In this document: positions 9,902 to 19,515 of the stretch, one piece after another
How the letters are laid out: every line of letters starts with the position of its first letter
How positions within the stretch are numbered: the stretch's first letter is position 1
Assembly: GCA_036170915.1 (NCBI GenBank)
Contig: JAVHQC010000022.1
Coordinates: forward strand, 191,420 to 255,419
Reading direction: 5' to 3'
DNA length: 64,000 nt
From: Cyanobacteria bacterium auto_48_18
Lineage (GTDB): Bacteria > Cyanobacteriota > Vampirovibrionia > Obscuribacterales > Obscuribacteraceae
Translations under genes and position numbers: made by a program
Notes under the pieces: model-generated
The model's input: the letters and a program-made list of their open reading frames with translations, nothing else
The model's database searches: none
Told to the model about the DNA's origin: nothing

Positions 9902-10184
9902 CACTGATAAGAATGCAGCAAAGAGCGAGAATGCCGGCAGCAAGAAAAAGGCGCTAAGCGATCTGGTCTCTGGAATTCGTTCGCTGGCGAAGAAGAAAAA
10001 AGCGGCTGCTGCCGAACCTGCAGAACAAATGGTTTGCTGCAAAGGCATTGTGCATATTGCTTATCGTGGGTTGACTGATGACCGTATGTATATTAGTTAT
10101 TCGCGTCGGTGGAATGAGATTCGCTATTTCAGGCCACACGGCCTGAGAGTTTTTTGTGCTGATTGTCGCCATCGGGTGTTGTAA
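9879..10184 (+). CDS. Small basic hypothetical protein with Cys motifs
   Basis: 101 aa overlapping HK stop; CC and CADC motifs; fills the gap to the next gene. Confidence 0.55.
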   Translation: MQKVEPSDTDKNAAKSENAGSKKKALSDLVSGIRSLAKKKKAAAAEPAEQMVCCKGIVHIAYRGLTDDRMYISYSRRWNEIRYFRPHGLRVFCADCRHRVL

Positions 10185-10193
10185 GTCGAGTTT

Positions 10194-11321
10194 CTAGCCA
10201 CCTATTCGGGCTATTTGACCCCCCACTGGATTGTCGTAACGCTCAGCGTCAGATTTAGGAGCTAGTGGGCTGGCACTGCTGACCTCACCATTAATGGTAG
10301 TTTCTGCTGCCATAAATGAGCCCGCACCTTTGAGAAAATCGGCTGGGAAGTTGAGCTTCGGTTCTGTAACTTTCTCAAGTTGGCTTATGTGCTCGCTTGA
10401 AAGTTTTAAATCAAGTGCGCCGAGATTGTCTTCTAACTGCGTTAATTTGCGTGCGCCAATGATTGAGGACACTACACCAGGCTTGCTCTGCAACCAGGCT
10501 AAGGCCACCTGCGCGGGGCTTGAGCCTACTTCTTTGGCCACGGCAATGAGAACATCAATGACGTCATAGGTTTTCTCTTTTGCCAGATGCCCGGTCACCC
10601 AATTACCTCTGTCGGTTTCGATTTTGTCTCGATTTTCTCGCGTGTACTTACCGCTGAGGATGCCATATTTGAGCGGTGACCAGGGCGTAACGCCCAGACC
10701 CATTTCCAGCGCCATAGGAATGAGCTCACCTTCAACAGTGCGCTCGAGCAAAGAATATTCAATTTGTAGTGCTACCAGTGGTGCCCAGGCTCGTAGTTTA
10801 GCCATAGTTTGAGCCTGGGCGCATTTCCATGCTGGTGTATCAGAAAATCCGATGTAGCGCACTTTCCCTTGCCGCACCAAATCATCTAAAGCCTGCATGG
10901 TTTCTTCTATTGGCGTGTGGTGATCCCAGCAGTGCATCCAGTAGAGATCGATATAGTCAGTATTCATGCGGCGCAATGATGCCTCACACTGCGACATAAT
11001 CGCTTTGCGACTGGCACCACCACCATTTGGATCTCCCGGATAGAGGGTACCGAAAAATTTGGTAGCGATTACCGCGAGGTCTCTTCGAAAGTTTGTCTTG
11101 TTGATGTAGTTGCCCAGAATTACTTCTGAGTGCCCTTTAGTGTAAACATTTGCCGTATCAATAAAATTGCCGCCTCGATCAAAAAAGTGGTCGAGAATTT
11201 GATGCGATTCTCCTTCTGATGAGCCAAAGCCCCAGTCAAGGCCGAAGGTCATTGCTCCGAGGCAAAATGGGCTGACGCGCAGGCCTGAATTGCCCAGAGT
11301 GCGATATTGATCAAGCGACAT
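10194..11321 (-). CDS. Aldo/keto reductase
   Basis: LGNSGLRVS, GNFIDTANVY, IATK, IDLYWMH, PWSPL. Confidence 0.93.
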   Translation of the reverse strand: MSLDQYRTLGNSGLRVSPFCLGAMTFGLDWGFGSSEGESHQILDHFFDRGGNFIDTANVYTKGHSEVILGNYINKTNFRRDLAVIATKFFGTLYPGDPNGGGASRKAIMSQCEASLRRMNTDYIDLYWMHCWDHHTPIEETMQALDDLVRQGKVRYIGFSDTPAWKCAQAQTMAKLRAWAPLVALQIEYSLLERTVEGELIPMALEMGLGVTPWSPLKYGILSGKYTRENRDKIETDRGNWVTGHLAKEKTYDVIDVLIAVAKEVGSSPAQVALAWLQSKPGVVSSIIGARKLTQLEDNLGALDLKLSSEHISQLEKVTEPKLNFPADFLKGAGSFMAAETTINGEVSSASPLAPKSDAERYDNPVGGQIARIGG

Positions 11322-11494
11322 AATTTCTCCCGCGACGGTAAATCGAACTAGACTAGACTGAACTGGACGAGATTTCGAAAATCGTAAAAACCGTGCCTAG
11401 TCTAGCAAAGTGCGGGTTTCTTGGCATATTCTTAACTTGTCAATGCGAGGGCTGACAAAGTAAGATAAGCTGACTTTGAAAGTCTCGTGAAGTC

Positions 11495-12229
11495 TTGAAA
11501 ATGATTAGTGGCAACATCAGGAAGCTTGTGAGTAATACACGCTTATTCAAAAAGTCTTTATTCAAATCGCTGTTGGCAGCGAGCGCGCTGTGCCTGTTTT
11601 CTTACACTCCGGTCTTGGCTGCTGATTTTGAGCAAGGCTGTCAGTATTATCAGAGCAAAAATTATGCCAGTGCTCGCACAAGCTTTGAGAAAGCGGTTCA
11701 GGTCTATCCAAACAATTGGCTGGTCCGTTATTACCTGGCCAATACCTATTTAGCTCTAGGTCAACAAAAGAATGCTAAACGCGAGTACGAACAATGCTTG
11801 ACCAGCAATCCCAATGCGGCCACAGCCAAGTTTTGTCAAGATGTTTTAATGAAAATTGGTGGACAAGCACCGGCTCCGGCTTTGATTGCTGTTGGCCCGG
11901 ACAACGCTGCTACTGAGGGCGCCGTTCTGGTCAAAGATTCCGGGCTGGAAGTAAAAGATAAAGAGACTCTGGACAAAGAAGCTCAGCTCGCTGCTGCTAT
12001 GGCCAAAGCTGAAGCCCAATGTTCAGCCATTCGCGCTGAGGCGAAAGACAAAATAAACAATGGTCACATTCACGGCAACCAGTGGTATCGAAATATTTCA
12101 GACGGCACTTTGTTCGTCGATCTGCGTGACGAAGAAAAAGATGCCATCAGCGCTGAAGCTGAAGGGCGCTGCAATCAGGTTATGCATTTAGTTGAACGTC
12201 AAACTCAGCACTTGCGCCCTAAACACTGA
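11495..12229 (+). CDS. Exported TPR-containing protein
   Basis: Signal peptide ending VLA-AD, TPR-like helices (YYLANTYLALG); start uncertain. Confidence 0.75.
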   Translation: MKMISGNIRKLVSNTRLFKKSLFKSLLAASALCLFSYTPVLAADFEQGCQYYQSKNYASARTSFEKAVQVYPNNWLVRYYLANTYLALGQQKNAKREYEQCLTSNPNAATAKFCQDVLMKIGGQAPAPALIAVGPDNAATEGAVLVKDSGLEVKDKETLDKEAQLAAAMAKAEAQCSAIRAEAKDKINNGHIHGNQWYRNISDGTLFVDLRDEEKDAISAEAEGRCNQVMHLVERQTQHLRPKH

Positions 12230-12362
12230 TATCAAGCGCGTTCTTAATATTTTATTCCGCTCGATCTAATGTAGTGGCAGCATCTGTCGTGATAAGAAGA
12301 TGTGCAGCTGTGGTTCCGATTGGCGCCATATTTGCACACTAATGTTAGGGGAGAATGTGACT

Positions 12363-12881
12363 ATGGAAACGCTAGTAGTAATCGGCTACGACGACATGTA
12401 CAAAGCTCAAGAGATGAGAGTAAAACTGGCTCGTCTGGAAAAAGAGTATCTTGTAGATCTAGAAGATGCTGTTGTGGTCGTGCGCGATACGAGGGGCAAA
12501 GTAAAGTTGCACCAGATTGTTAATACCACCGCTGCTGGTGCTCTCGAAGGCGGCTTCTGGGGCACATTGATTGGCTGTCTGTTCCTCGTTCCTATGTTTG
12601 GTATGGCAGTGGGTGCCGCTGCTGGTACGCTTACCGGAGCCTTAGAGGATATTGGTATCAACGATAAGTTTATGAAAGATCTGGGCGAGCAAATTAAACC
12701 AGGCACATCAGCCCTTTGTGTATTGATTCGTCAAATGACCACAGACAAAGTGCTTGAAGATTTGCAAGGCACTGGTGGAACAATCCTAAAAACTAATTTG
12801 TCCAAGACAGACGAAACCAAGCTGCAAGCAGCATTAGATGCACACCGCGCAGAAGCTGCTAAAGCTTCTGTATCTGTTTAA
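12363..12881 (+). CDS. DUF1269 family membrane protein
   Basis: DAVVVVRD..GKVKL, GGFWGTLIG, DIGIND, PGTSAL; GGGGAG SD before ATG 12363. Confidence 0.88.
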   Translation: METLVVIGYDDMYKAQEMRVKLARLEKEYLVDLEDAVVVVRDTRGKVKLHQIVNTTAAGALEGGFWGTLIGCLFLVPMFGMAVGAAAGTLTGALEDIGINDKFMKDLGEQIKPGTSALCVLIRQMTTDKVLEDLQGTGGTILKTNLSKTDETKLQAALDAHRAEAAKASVSV

Positions 12882-12926
12882 AGATTTACCTCAAGAAAAT
12901 CCTTAAACAGAGTTTGTTCAAAATCA

Positions 12927-12968
12927 AAAAGCAGCAGAGGTATGTCGCAAAAACTCTCTGCTGCTTTT
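12927..12968. terminator. Bidirectional intrinsic terminator
   Basis: aaaagcagcagag...ctctgctgctttt between convergent genes. Confidence 0.7.
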
Positions 12969-14430
12969 ATTTTGCCATGGTTAGTGAAAACCAGAATATT
13001 GCTCCTTTGCCCACTTCGCTCGCCAGGCCCACATCACCGCCATGCGCTTTTATAATTGACTTGCAGATGGCCAGGCCTAAACCAGCACCCCCTGCATTTT
13101 TGCCTTCGTCAGTTTGAAAGAATTTTTGAAAGAGCTTATGTTTATCTGCGGCACTAATGCCGCAGCCATGATCGCGCACTGACACTTTGAGCTTGCCGGC
13201 TGTAAGTTCTGTACTGATTTCTATAACAGAAGTATCAGGTGAAAACTTTATGGCGTTGGCGAGATAATTGATGATCACTTGCATAATGCGATTGCGATCT
13301 ATAGCGACGTATTCTTGCGCGGCCATATTTTTTATCATGATTTTTTTTGCCTCAGCCGCCCCAGCCACAGAGGCTATGGCCTGATCTATTACTTCTTTGA
13401 TATTTTCAGCATTGATATCGAGTGACAGCTGGTCGCTCTCATATTGTTCGACAAGCAGTAAGTCGTTGACCAGTGCAATGAGCCTCTCCAGGCTGTTTTG
13501 CATTGCCTTGATTTGCTGCTGGCCTTGTGTGCTCAGGTTTCTATTTTCTCGGTCAAGAATTATCTCAAGAGATATTTGACACGAGAAAAGCGGAGAGCGC
13601 AGATCATGTGCCACCATTTGCATTAGTGACGCTCGAAATTCTGACGCTCTCTGTAGTTCATCAGACGCATGATGCAGACTAGTATCAAGATAGGCGAGCT
13701 CGTCTGCACCTGTAAGCGGAGCGTTTAGTTGCTGCCGTTTGGGCAGCCGCTGGGCATTTTCCACCAGCATGCGCAGGCGCGTATTGAGGCTCCGATTGAG
13801 CAGCAGCACTAGAATAATGGTCAGCAGCAAGTTGCCACAGAAACCAGAAATGACTATGGTTCGCGCTTTCGAGTTATTGTCTTGCAATACGCGCCGGGCG
13901 CTATCGAGATCGCTGCGTTGTTTCAAAACATGCGAGCTGATATCAATGTTGCCGCTCAATACCTGACCGATTGTCTCTCTCAGCCCTTCGAGATCTTGAA
14001 TCAGACCGTCGGTACTTTTATCATCACCACTTTTGAGCAAACTGCGAATTTGTCCTAACTGGCCATTCAATACCTCATCTAGCTCACCGGCCAGAGTGCG
14101 CTGCTCTGTGGACAAATGCGGCAAACTCTTCAACTGGGAGAGGGCCGCAGTAGTGCGGTTAATCCACTGATCGGTTCGTGCCAAGTATTTTTTGCGTTTG
14201 GTGGAGATGTATCCGAGCAAACTTTCGCGATATTGATAACTGCAATCCATAACCGCATTTAGGCGCTCAATGTAGAGTGTCTGCTCGCGCTCCATTTCGG
14301 CCAGGCGATTGGTTTTGTCCAGTACACCAGAAAGTATAAATAGCCAGGCGCAATTGAACAGGAAGGGCACGACAATGAGGGCCAGCCCTTTTTGAACCAG
14401 AGTCAGACCAAATTTTTCTTGCCTTACCAT
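12967..14430 (-). CDS. Membrane sensor histidine kinase
   Basis: 2 TM flanking a helical periplasmic domain; VAHDLRSPL, NAIKFS, DHGCG, GAGLGL. Confidence 0.92.
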   Translation of the reverse strand: MVRQEKFGLTLVQKGLALIVVPFLFNCAWLFILSGVLDKTNRLAEMEREQTLYIERLNAVMDCSYQYRESLLGYISTKRKKYLARTDQWINRTTAALSQLKSLPHLSTEQRTLAGELDEVLNGQLGQIRSLLKSGDDKSTDGLIQDLEGLRETIGQVLSGNIDISSHVLKQRSDLDSARRVLQDNNSKARTIVISGFCGNLLLTIILVLLLNRSLNTRLRMLVENAQRLPKRQQLNAPLTGADELAYLDTSLHHASDELQRASEFRASLMQMVAHDLRSPLFSCQISLEIILDRENRNLSTQGQQQIKAMQNSLERLIALVNDLLLVEQYESDQLSLDINAENIKEVIDQAIASVAGAAEAKKIMIKNMAAQEYVAIDRNRIMQVIINYLANAIKFSPDTSVIEISTELTAGKLKVSVRDHGCGISAADKHKLFQKFFQTDEGKNAGGAGLGLAICKSIIKAHGGDVGLASEVGKGAIFWFSLTMAK

Positions 14431-14432
14431 GC

Positions 14433-15359
14433 TTATTTTGAGCGCCGTTTGTCAGACGTAAAGGCCATATCGTCCATAATGCTTGTAATGTCGTCTTTTG
14501 CTTTGGCCGAATAGGTTACGTCAACAATGGCCGCCAATTTTTTGTAGTTGGTCGGCACTTGAAACAGGGCCGCATCAAAAGGTACTTTTTTACATGACTT
14601 GGTAGACATTACCACTTGCGGGCCAGTGCGCAAATCGGTCACCAGCGCCCCGTGGCTCGGTAAGAACGGCGTGGCTTTGTTTTTTTCGCGTTCGGCAGAA
14701 TAAAGCCTGTTTTCGAGCGAGGTTTTGCGTACGTAAAGTGGAATCTGTCCCATTTCGGGCACCCCGTAAAATCGGCACAGTACCTGTGCACATTTTGGAT
14801 CTACCGCGATGTCTTTTGTTAGCCAGAAAATACTGCGTTGCTTTGACCTAATAGTTGAGTACTCGCTGTAGTGCAAACCTTCGGTAGTGCCAGTTCCTAG
14901 CAGTTCGACGGCCTGCTGGTCGCTCCTGGCGACGTATGGAACGTCTGATTTTTTCACCACTATCGGAGCATATTTGCGACCAAATGAGCGGTTAAAAGGA
15001 TTAACCAGGCTGGCAGGTTCCAGTCTTTCCAGTGCTCCCGACCACATGGCTTTTTCATCTGGGCGATAATAATGCAGCTGCCACTTTGGCGCCTTAGCCA
15101 GCATGCAGCATCCGGTCTTGCTGATGATTGCCTTCACAGCGTCATGGGTAACGTAAAAGTGCACAACGCCTAGTTCTGCGTGATTTTGTACAAGTAGCCA
15201 TTGGGTAGGTGTTGTCTTTGTATTTTTGCCCTGCACCGGTTTTGCTTGTACAGGTTTTGCTTGTACGGGTTTTGCTTGTACAGACAGCACCACTAGCAGT
15301 GCCGCAGCGATTGCCAGTGAGCAGAACACGAATATTTTGGAGCTTTTATTTTTTTTCAA
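14433..15359 (-). CDS. Exported hypothetical protein between response regulator and kinase
   Basis: Signal peptide, QAKPV x3 repeat, overlaps RR stop and ends 2 nt before HK start. Confidence 0.75.
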   Translation of the reverse strand: MKKNKSSKIFVFCSLAIAAALLVVLSVQAKPVQAKPVQAKPVQGKNTKTTPTQWLLVQNHAELGVVHFYVTHDAVKAIISKTGCCMLAKAPKWQLHYYRPDEKAMWSGALERLEPASLVNPFNRSFGRKYAPIVVKKSDVPYVARSDQQAVELLGTGTTEGLHYSEYSTIRSKQRSIFWLTKDIAVDPKCAQVLCRFYGVPEMGQIPLYVRKTSLENRLYSAEREKNKATPFLPSHGALVTDLRTGPQVVMSTKSCKKVPFDAALFQVPTNYKKLAAIVDVTYSAKAKDDITSIMDDMAFTSDKRRSK

Positions 15360-16020
15360 TTACATAGCCCGAACTGACGACCTGCTTAATCAAGTCGCTT
15401 TTTCCCGCTTCTGTCAGCTTCCGTCTTAAATTTAGCACGCATGTACGTACTGTGCCTTCCGACACTTCAGCATCTGACGGCCAGATGGCGGTCAGCAGCC
15501 GCTGGGCACTAAAAGGCCGGTTGGCATTGCGCATCAAATATTGCAGCAATGCGCATTCTTTGGGAGTGACTGAAAAGGTGAGCGCTTCCACATGCACCGT
15601 GCGCGTTTCAGAATCTAAAATCACACCTTGAATTTCTAGCTTTTCTGGAATAGTCTCTAAATTTCTGCGCAGTACACTTTTTGTGCGAGCGTACAATTCT
15701 CGCAAATCAAAAGGCTTAACTACATAGTCATCTCCGCCTGCCAGCAGAGCTTCTTCTTTATTATCAATTGAGCCTTCGCCTGTGAGAAAAATGATGTGTG
15801 TTTGGCCGCCTTGTTTTCGAAATTGCTGACAGATTGCCAGCCCTGTAGTATCAGGTAGTTGCCAATCAAGCAAGATCAGCTCGTATTGGTATGCGGTCAG
15901 CATTTGCAGACCGTCGGCGCCGTTAAGTGCCACTTCGAGTTGAACAGATTTTGTGGCAAACCACTCTTTCAGTCTGCATCCCAATTCGAAATCGTCGTCG
16001 ATGAGCAAGAACTTTGACAT
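15346..16020 (-). CDS. OmpR/PhoB-family response regulator
   Basis: LLIDDD, LLDWQLPD, FLT, KPF receiver; winged-helix C-terminus. Confidence 0.93.
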   Translation of the reverse strand: MSKFLLIDDDFELGCRLKEWFATKSVQLEVALNGADGLQMLTAYQYELILLDWQLPDTTGLAICQQFRKQGGQTHIIFLTGEGSIDNKEEALLAGGDDYVVKPFDLRELYARTKSVLRRNLETIPEKLEIQGVILDSETRTVHVEALTFSVTPKECALLQYLMRNANRPFSAQRLLTAIWPSDAEVSEGTVRTCVLNLRRKLTEAGKSDLIKQVVSSGYVIEKK

Positions 16021-16053
16021 ATGTCAAAGTTTACCACTACCCATATGTTCACA

Positions 16054-16076
16054 AGGGAGAGGGTAGGCCTCTCCCT
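16054..16076 (-). terminator. GC-rich hairpin (possible terminator or stability element)
   Basis: agggagagg-gtagg-cctctccct; weak U tail. Confidence 0.45.
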
Positions 16077-16120
16077 GTGCGTGTTATCGGGCGGTGCTTC
16101 GTAATCCGGAGTCACCGAAA

Positions 16121-16504
16121 TTAGCGGTGGCGAGTAGTGACCATGTCGGTGTGCCCGGCGCGATAGGCACCAGTGCCTTTGCCATTGGGGGCCGAGTCGC
16201 CGGCCATGCCTTTCGCGGTGCTGCTGATGCTGGAACCATCAGCAATGCTATCTGAGAAACAACGATTGCCACCGCCGCCACCAGGGCCACCTTTCAAATC
16301 TTTCAGATCTTTCAAACCTTTTTCGTCACCAAATAATTCCAGTGCAGGAAGTGATTTTGCGGTACTGCCGTTGGCGGGTGAGTCGGTGGCTCTTGTGCTG
16401 TTGCCTACCTGTTGTTGCACTTCGGCTTGCATGCGCGCTGTATGCTCACCAGCGTCGTTGCCGTTGGCTGGCTTGATTGCTTCAGTTTGTTCTAGTTTAG
16501 CCAT
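16121..16504 (-). CDS. Small low-complexity hypothetical protein
   Basis: ATG 16504 with GAGGT SD; hydrophilic, Gly/Ser-rich. Confidence 0.6.
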   Translation of the reverse strand: MAKLEQTEAIKPANGNDAGEHTARMQAEVQQQVGNSTRATDSPANGSTAKSLPALELFGDEKGLKDLKDLKGGPGGGGGNRCFSDSIADGSSISSTAKGMAGDSAPNGKGTGAYRAGHTDMVTTRHR

Positions 16505-16594
16505 GTTCAAATACCTCTTTAGAAAAATCGGTGGATGCTGTTTGGTAACGCAGTTAGATTGCAACAGTGCACGTCAAAACGGCGTCAAGATTTT

Positions 16595-16614
16595 TTGACA
16601 GTGGAAACTGTCAA
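16595..16614. promoter_or_regulatory. Inverted repeat over antitoxin start (candidate operator)
   Basis: ttgacagt-ggaa-actgtcaa, perfect 8-bp arms. Confidence 0.45.
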
Positions 16615-16825
16615 TATTCACGAGGCTAAAACCAATCTTTCTCGTTTGATTGAACGCGTCCAACAGGGCGAGGAAATCATAATAAGTACAGCCGGCAAAC
16701 CCGTCGCAAGGCTGACTGCTTTGGATACTAGTGATAAGCCCCGCAAACTAGGAGTCCTGAAGGGGAAATTAGTTTTGACGGACGACTTTTACGAGCCACG
16801 ACCTGCCGACATTTTCAGCGATTGA
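16601..16825 (+). CDS. Phd/YefM-family antitoxin (no adjacent toxin)
   Basis: VNIHEAKTNLSRLIERVQQGEEIIISTAGKPVARL and RKLGVLKG...DDFYEP. Confidence 0.88.
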   Translation: METVNIHEAKTNLSRLIERVQQGEEIIISTAGKPVARLTALDTSDKPRKLGVLKGKLVLTDDFYEPRPADIFSD

Positions 16826-16842
16826 ATTTAACTGAGACTTTT

Positions 16843-19509
16843 TTACAAACTCAAACTCCGCCGAACCTCAGTCACCACAGCACTTGCATCTATTCGTCGC
16901 ATGTGTTCAAGCGAATTGCCATGACCGAGAATATTGAGACTGCCTTCCCAACAAATTCTTTCATCTATTAATGCAACCTTTTGTTGAAGATTGCTGCGTT
17001 CTTTGACGGTAACGCCAATGCTCTTCAGCTGTTCAATCACAGCGCTTGATTCTCGCATCTCCTGCTCTTGCTGAAATTCAGCGGCCGGCCGGGTATAAAC
17101 TGTGATCCTAGTGCCTTGCGCCACCATAGTTCTAAACTGATCAAAGAAATACTGACTGCGCTTAATGGTAAGAAATGGGCTGAGAAGTACAGCTGATGTC
17201 TGTGCTGCTGTCAGATCGCGGCGAAAAGCTTTAAAGAAGTCTCTCGAGTCGGCTGTTTCAATAGCTTTAGCAATAAAGCTGTCATCAACTTTTCTCGAGT
17301 CAATTTTTACCGCACCTGCTGCTGCCAGCTGTGCCAAGAATTTCATAAATATGGTGCCTTTTTGAGTTTCGGCAAAGTATTTCAAGTTGACTACAATAAT
17401 GAAAGTGGCCTGGGCTCTAGTGAGAGCGCTGTGGAGTAAATGCGGCAGGGTTGGTTTTTCATCAAGCATAGACTTTTTGCTACCTTTGCCGTCAACACAG
17501 TCGAGGATTATTACTGTGGATTGCCTGGTTTCACAGCCTTGTGTTATGTCGACTGAAACCCGGTCTTGATCAATTGTTTGATTAATTGCTCTGCCGGTTA
17601 GTTCTGCTTGCTGACGGTACGGAGTGGTTATACCGATTGTGATATGCGCATGCTCGTTGAGTAAGCGCTTGCATAAATTGATGGCCAGTCCGGCGGAGTA
17701 TAAGTTGAACCGACCGCCAGTAGCTGGGCTGAGACACCAGGGGTCTACCGCTGATGTGTCAACGATGACCATGCGCGCGGCTGCGAATATAGAATCGTCA
17801 ATGGCAATCTGATAGGTGGTTTCGTCACTTTTTAGTAGGCCACCATAGAATAGAACACTGGCCGCAGCAGCAATCTCAGGGGCCATGCCATATTGAGTAT
17901 CTAGCAAAGAGACAAACTTATGTTGTGCGGCCGTGGCCACAGTGTTAATTTTTAGGTGGTCGAAAATGCTGCTGTTAAGCCATTTTTGAGCCATGGCACT
18001 TTCTGCGCCGGCTGCAAGAGGCCGTTGATTGAAGTCGCCCACCAGGGTTGCTCCGATGGTGGCCTTGGTCAAAGCCCAGTACAGGTGCGGCAGGGGTATC
18101 AGGCTTGCTTCATTGATAACGATTATGTCGAAAATTTCGTCTTTAAGAAGTGTACTTAGAAAAAGTTTGCTTATGGTGATACCAATCACTTGAGCACCAC
18201 TGACAGCAATCTGTGCGGCCGCAGCAATTTCTTTTTCAATGGCAATCAGGCTTTGATCATGGTGCTGCAGCTTTGTCTCGGCTACATCGATGTATTCACC
18301 AACGTCGCCGGGCGTGAGGCCGGTTTCGTCCATCAATTGCGTCAACTCTTGATTGGCTCGCCCAAGCTCAACTACTTGTGCGGCGCACTCTTCAGAAAGC
18401 TTCTGCCAGTTGATTGCTATTTCGCTCTGGTGTCTGCTTAGCGTCGATAGCCGCTGAGTCAAATCGTGAATATGCGTGGCACGCACATGGGGGTCCAGAT
18501 ATTGGTGAGCAGCTTGCAGCTTTGCTTGAGTCTCCGCTATTTCGCTGGTTATTTGCTGATAGCGCTCTTGCTGCATGATCATTTTTTCGGGCCGCTGAGT
18601 TTCTCGCTCTAGGTTTTTGACTAGCTCACCAACACGTTGCAGGCTCTGGCAACGTGTGAGATTTTCATTTAGAGGCTTCTGGCGTGCTGCTATCGCCTGT
18701 TGCTCGGCTAAGAGATGCACGCAACTGGCTGCCACCACTTGCTCTAGCTCCACCAGCGGATACTGCTGCTGCAAGGCGCCATCTCTAATATCACCCAGTC
18801 GAATGATTTTGCTCTGTGGGTAAGCTGTTTTGTTTAGTTGCGTCGCCACCTGTTTTATGGCCAGGTCGGTGGTCGCATTGCTATGCGAAATCATCAAAAC
18901 TCGCCTGCCGGCGTTGACATGCGCTTCTACAATTCTTGCTAAGGTGGTGGTTTTGCCGCTGCCGGGCGGGCCACAAATAATAGCTAGTGAGTGCGAGAAC
19001 GACTTAGTAATCGCTTCTGATTGAGAAAAATCAGGGGCGTTCTTTGCTTCGTAGGAATATTTGGCTTTAGTGCCCACCGCTCCAAAATGAGTGCCTGTGC
19101 CGCTAAACACTGCTTCTGCCAGTTTAAATGCAGGCGGGTTTGGCGAGTGTGATTTTGCCTCGCGAAATTTTTCTTGCAGTCGGTGCAATGTCAGCCATCG
19201 ATTCGGCGTTAATTTCGCTGCATTGATAGAGGCGCCGAACATTTGCGGCAGTATTACGTTGACTTTAAAGCCACTAACACTGGCAACTGAGCAATCAAAA
19301 TTTTGCCCGCCAATTTCAATGTTGGCGATTGAGTCTTCTTCGGCATCGAACAAATTTGCCGCAGTGAAGACATAGTGATACTTCTGCCTCGACTGTGCGA
19401 TCAAAACGCCGTCAGCCAGGTCAATAGCAACTAATTTAGCCTTTTTGACCGCGTCGATTTCATCTTGCAATGCGGCAATGAAATCGCTGATACGATCAAA
19501 TTCCGGCAT
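16843..19509 (-). CDS. SF1 (Upf1/DNA2-like) helicase with coiled-coil insert and C-terminal PLD-like domain; motifs degenerate
   Basis: GPPGSGKT, SHSN, INEAS, VGDFNQ, ITTPYRQQ, ALTRA; C-terminal SPF and QKVALIDERICWEGSLN. Confidence 0.85.
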   Translation of the reverse strand: MPEFDRISDFIAALQDEIDAVKKAKLVAIDLADGVLIAQSRQKYHYVFTAANLFDAEEDSIANIEIGGQNFDCSVASVSGFKVNVILPQMFGASINAAKLTPNRWLTLHRLQEKFREAKSHSPNPPAFKLAEAVFSGTGTHFGAVGTKAKYSYEAKNAPDFSQSEAITKSFSHSLAIICGPPGSGKTTTLARIVEAHVNAGRRVLMISHSNATTDLAIKQVATQLNKTAYPQSKIIRLGDIRDGALQQQYPLVELEQVVAASCVHLLAEQQAIAARQKPLNENLTRCQSLQRVGELVKNLERETQRPEKMIMQQERYQQITSEIAETQAKLQAAHQYLDPHVRATHIHDLTQRLSTLSRHQSEIAINWQKLSEECAAQVVELGRANQELTQLMDETGLTPGDVGEYIDVAETKLQHHDQSLIAIEKEIAAAAQIAVSGAQVIGITISKLFLSTLLKDEIFDIIVINEASLIPLPHLYWALTKATIGATLVGDFNQRPLAAGAESAMAQKWLNSSIFDHLKINTVATAAQHKFVSLLDTQYGMAPEIAAAASVLFYGGLLKSDETTYQIAIDDSIFAAARMVIVDTSAVDPWCLSPATGGRFNLYSAGLAINLCKRLLNEHAHITIGITTPYRQQAELTGRAINQTIDQDRVSVDITQGCETRQSTVIILDCVDGKGSKKSMLDEKPTLPHLLHSALTRAQATFIIVVNLKYFAETQKGTIFMKFLAQLAAAGAVKIDSRKVDDSFIAKAIETADSRDFFKAFRRDLTAAQTSAVLLSPFLTIKRSQYFFDQFRTMVAQGTRITVYTRPAAEFQQEQEMRESSAVIEQLKSIGVTVKERSNLQQKVALIDERICWEGSLNILGHGNSLEHMRRIDASAVVTEVRRSLSL

Positions 19510-19515
19510 TCAGAT

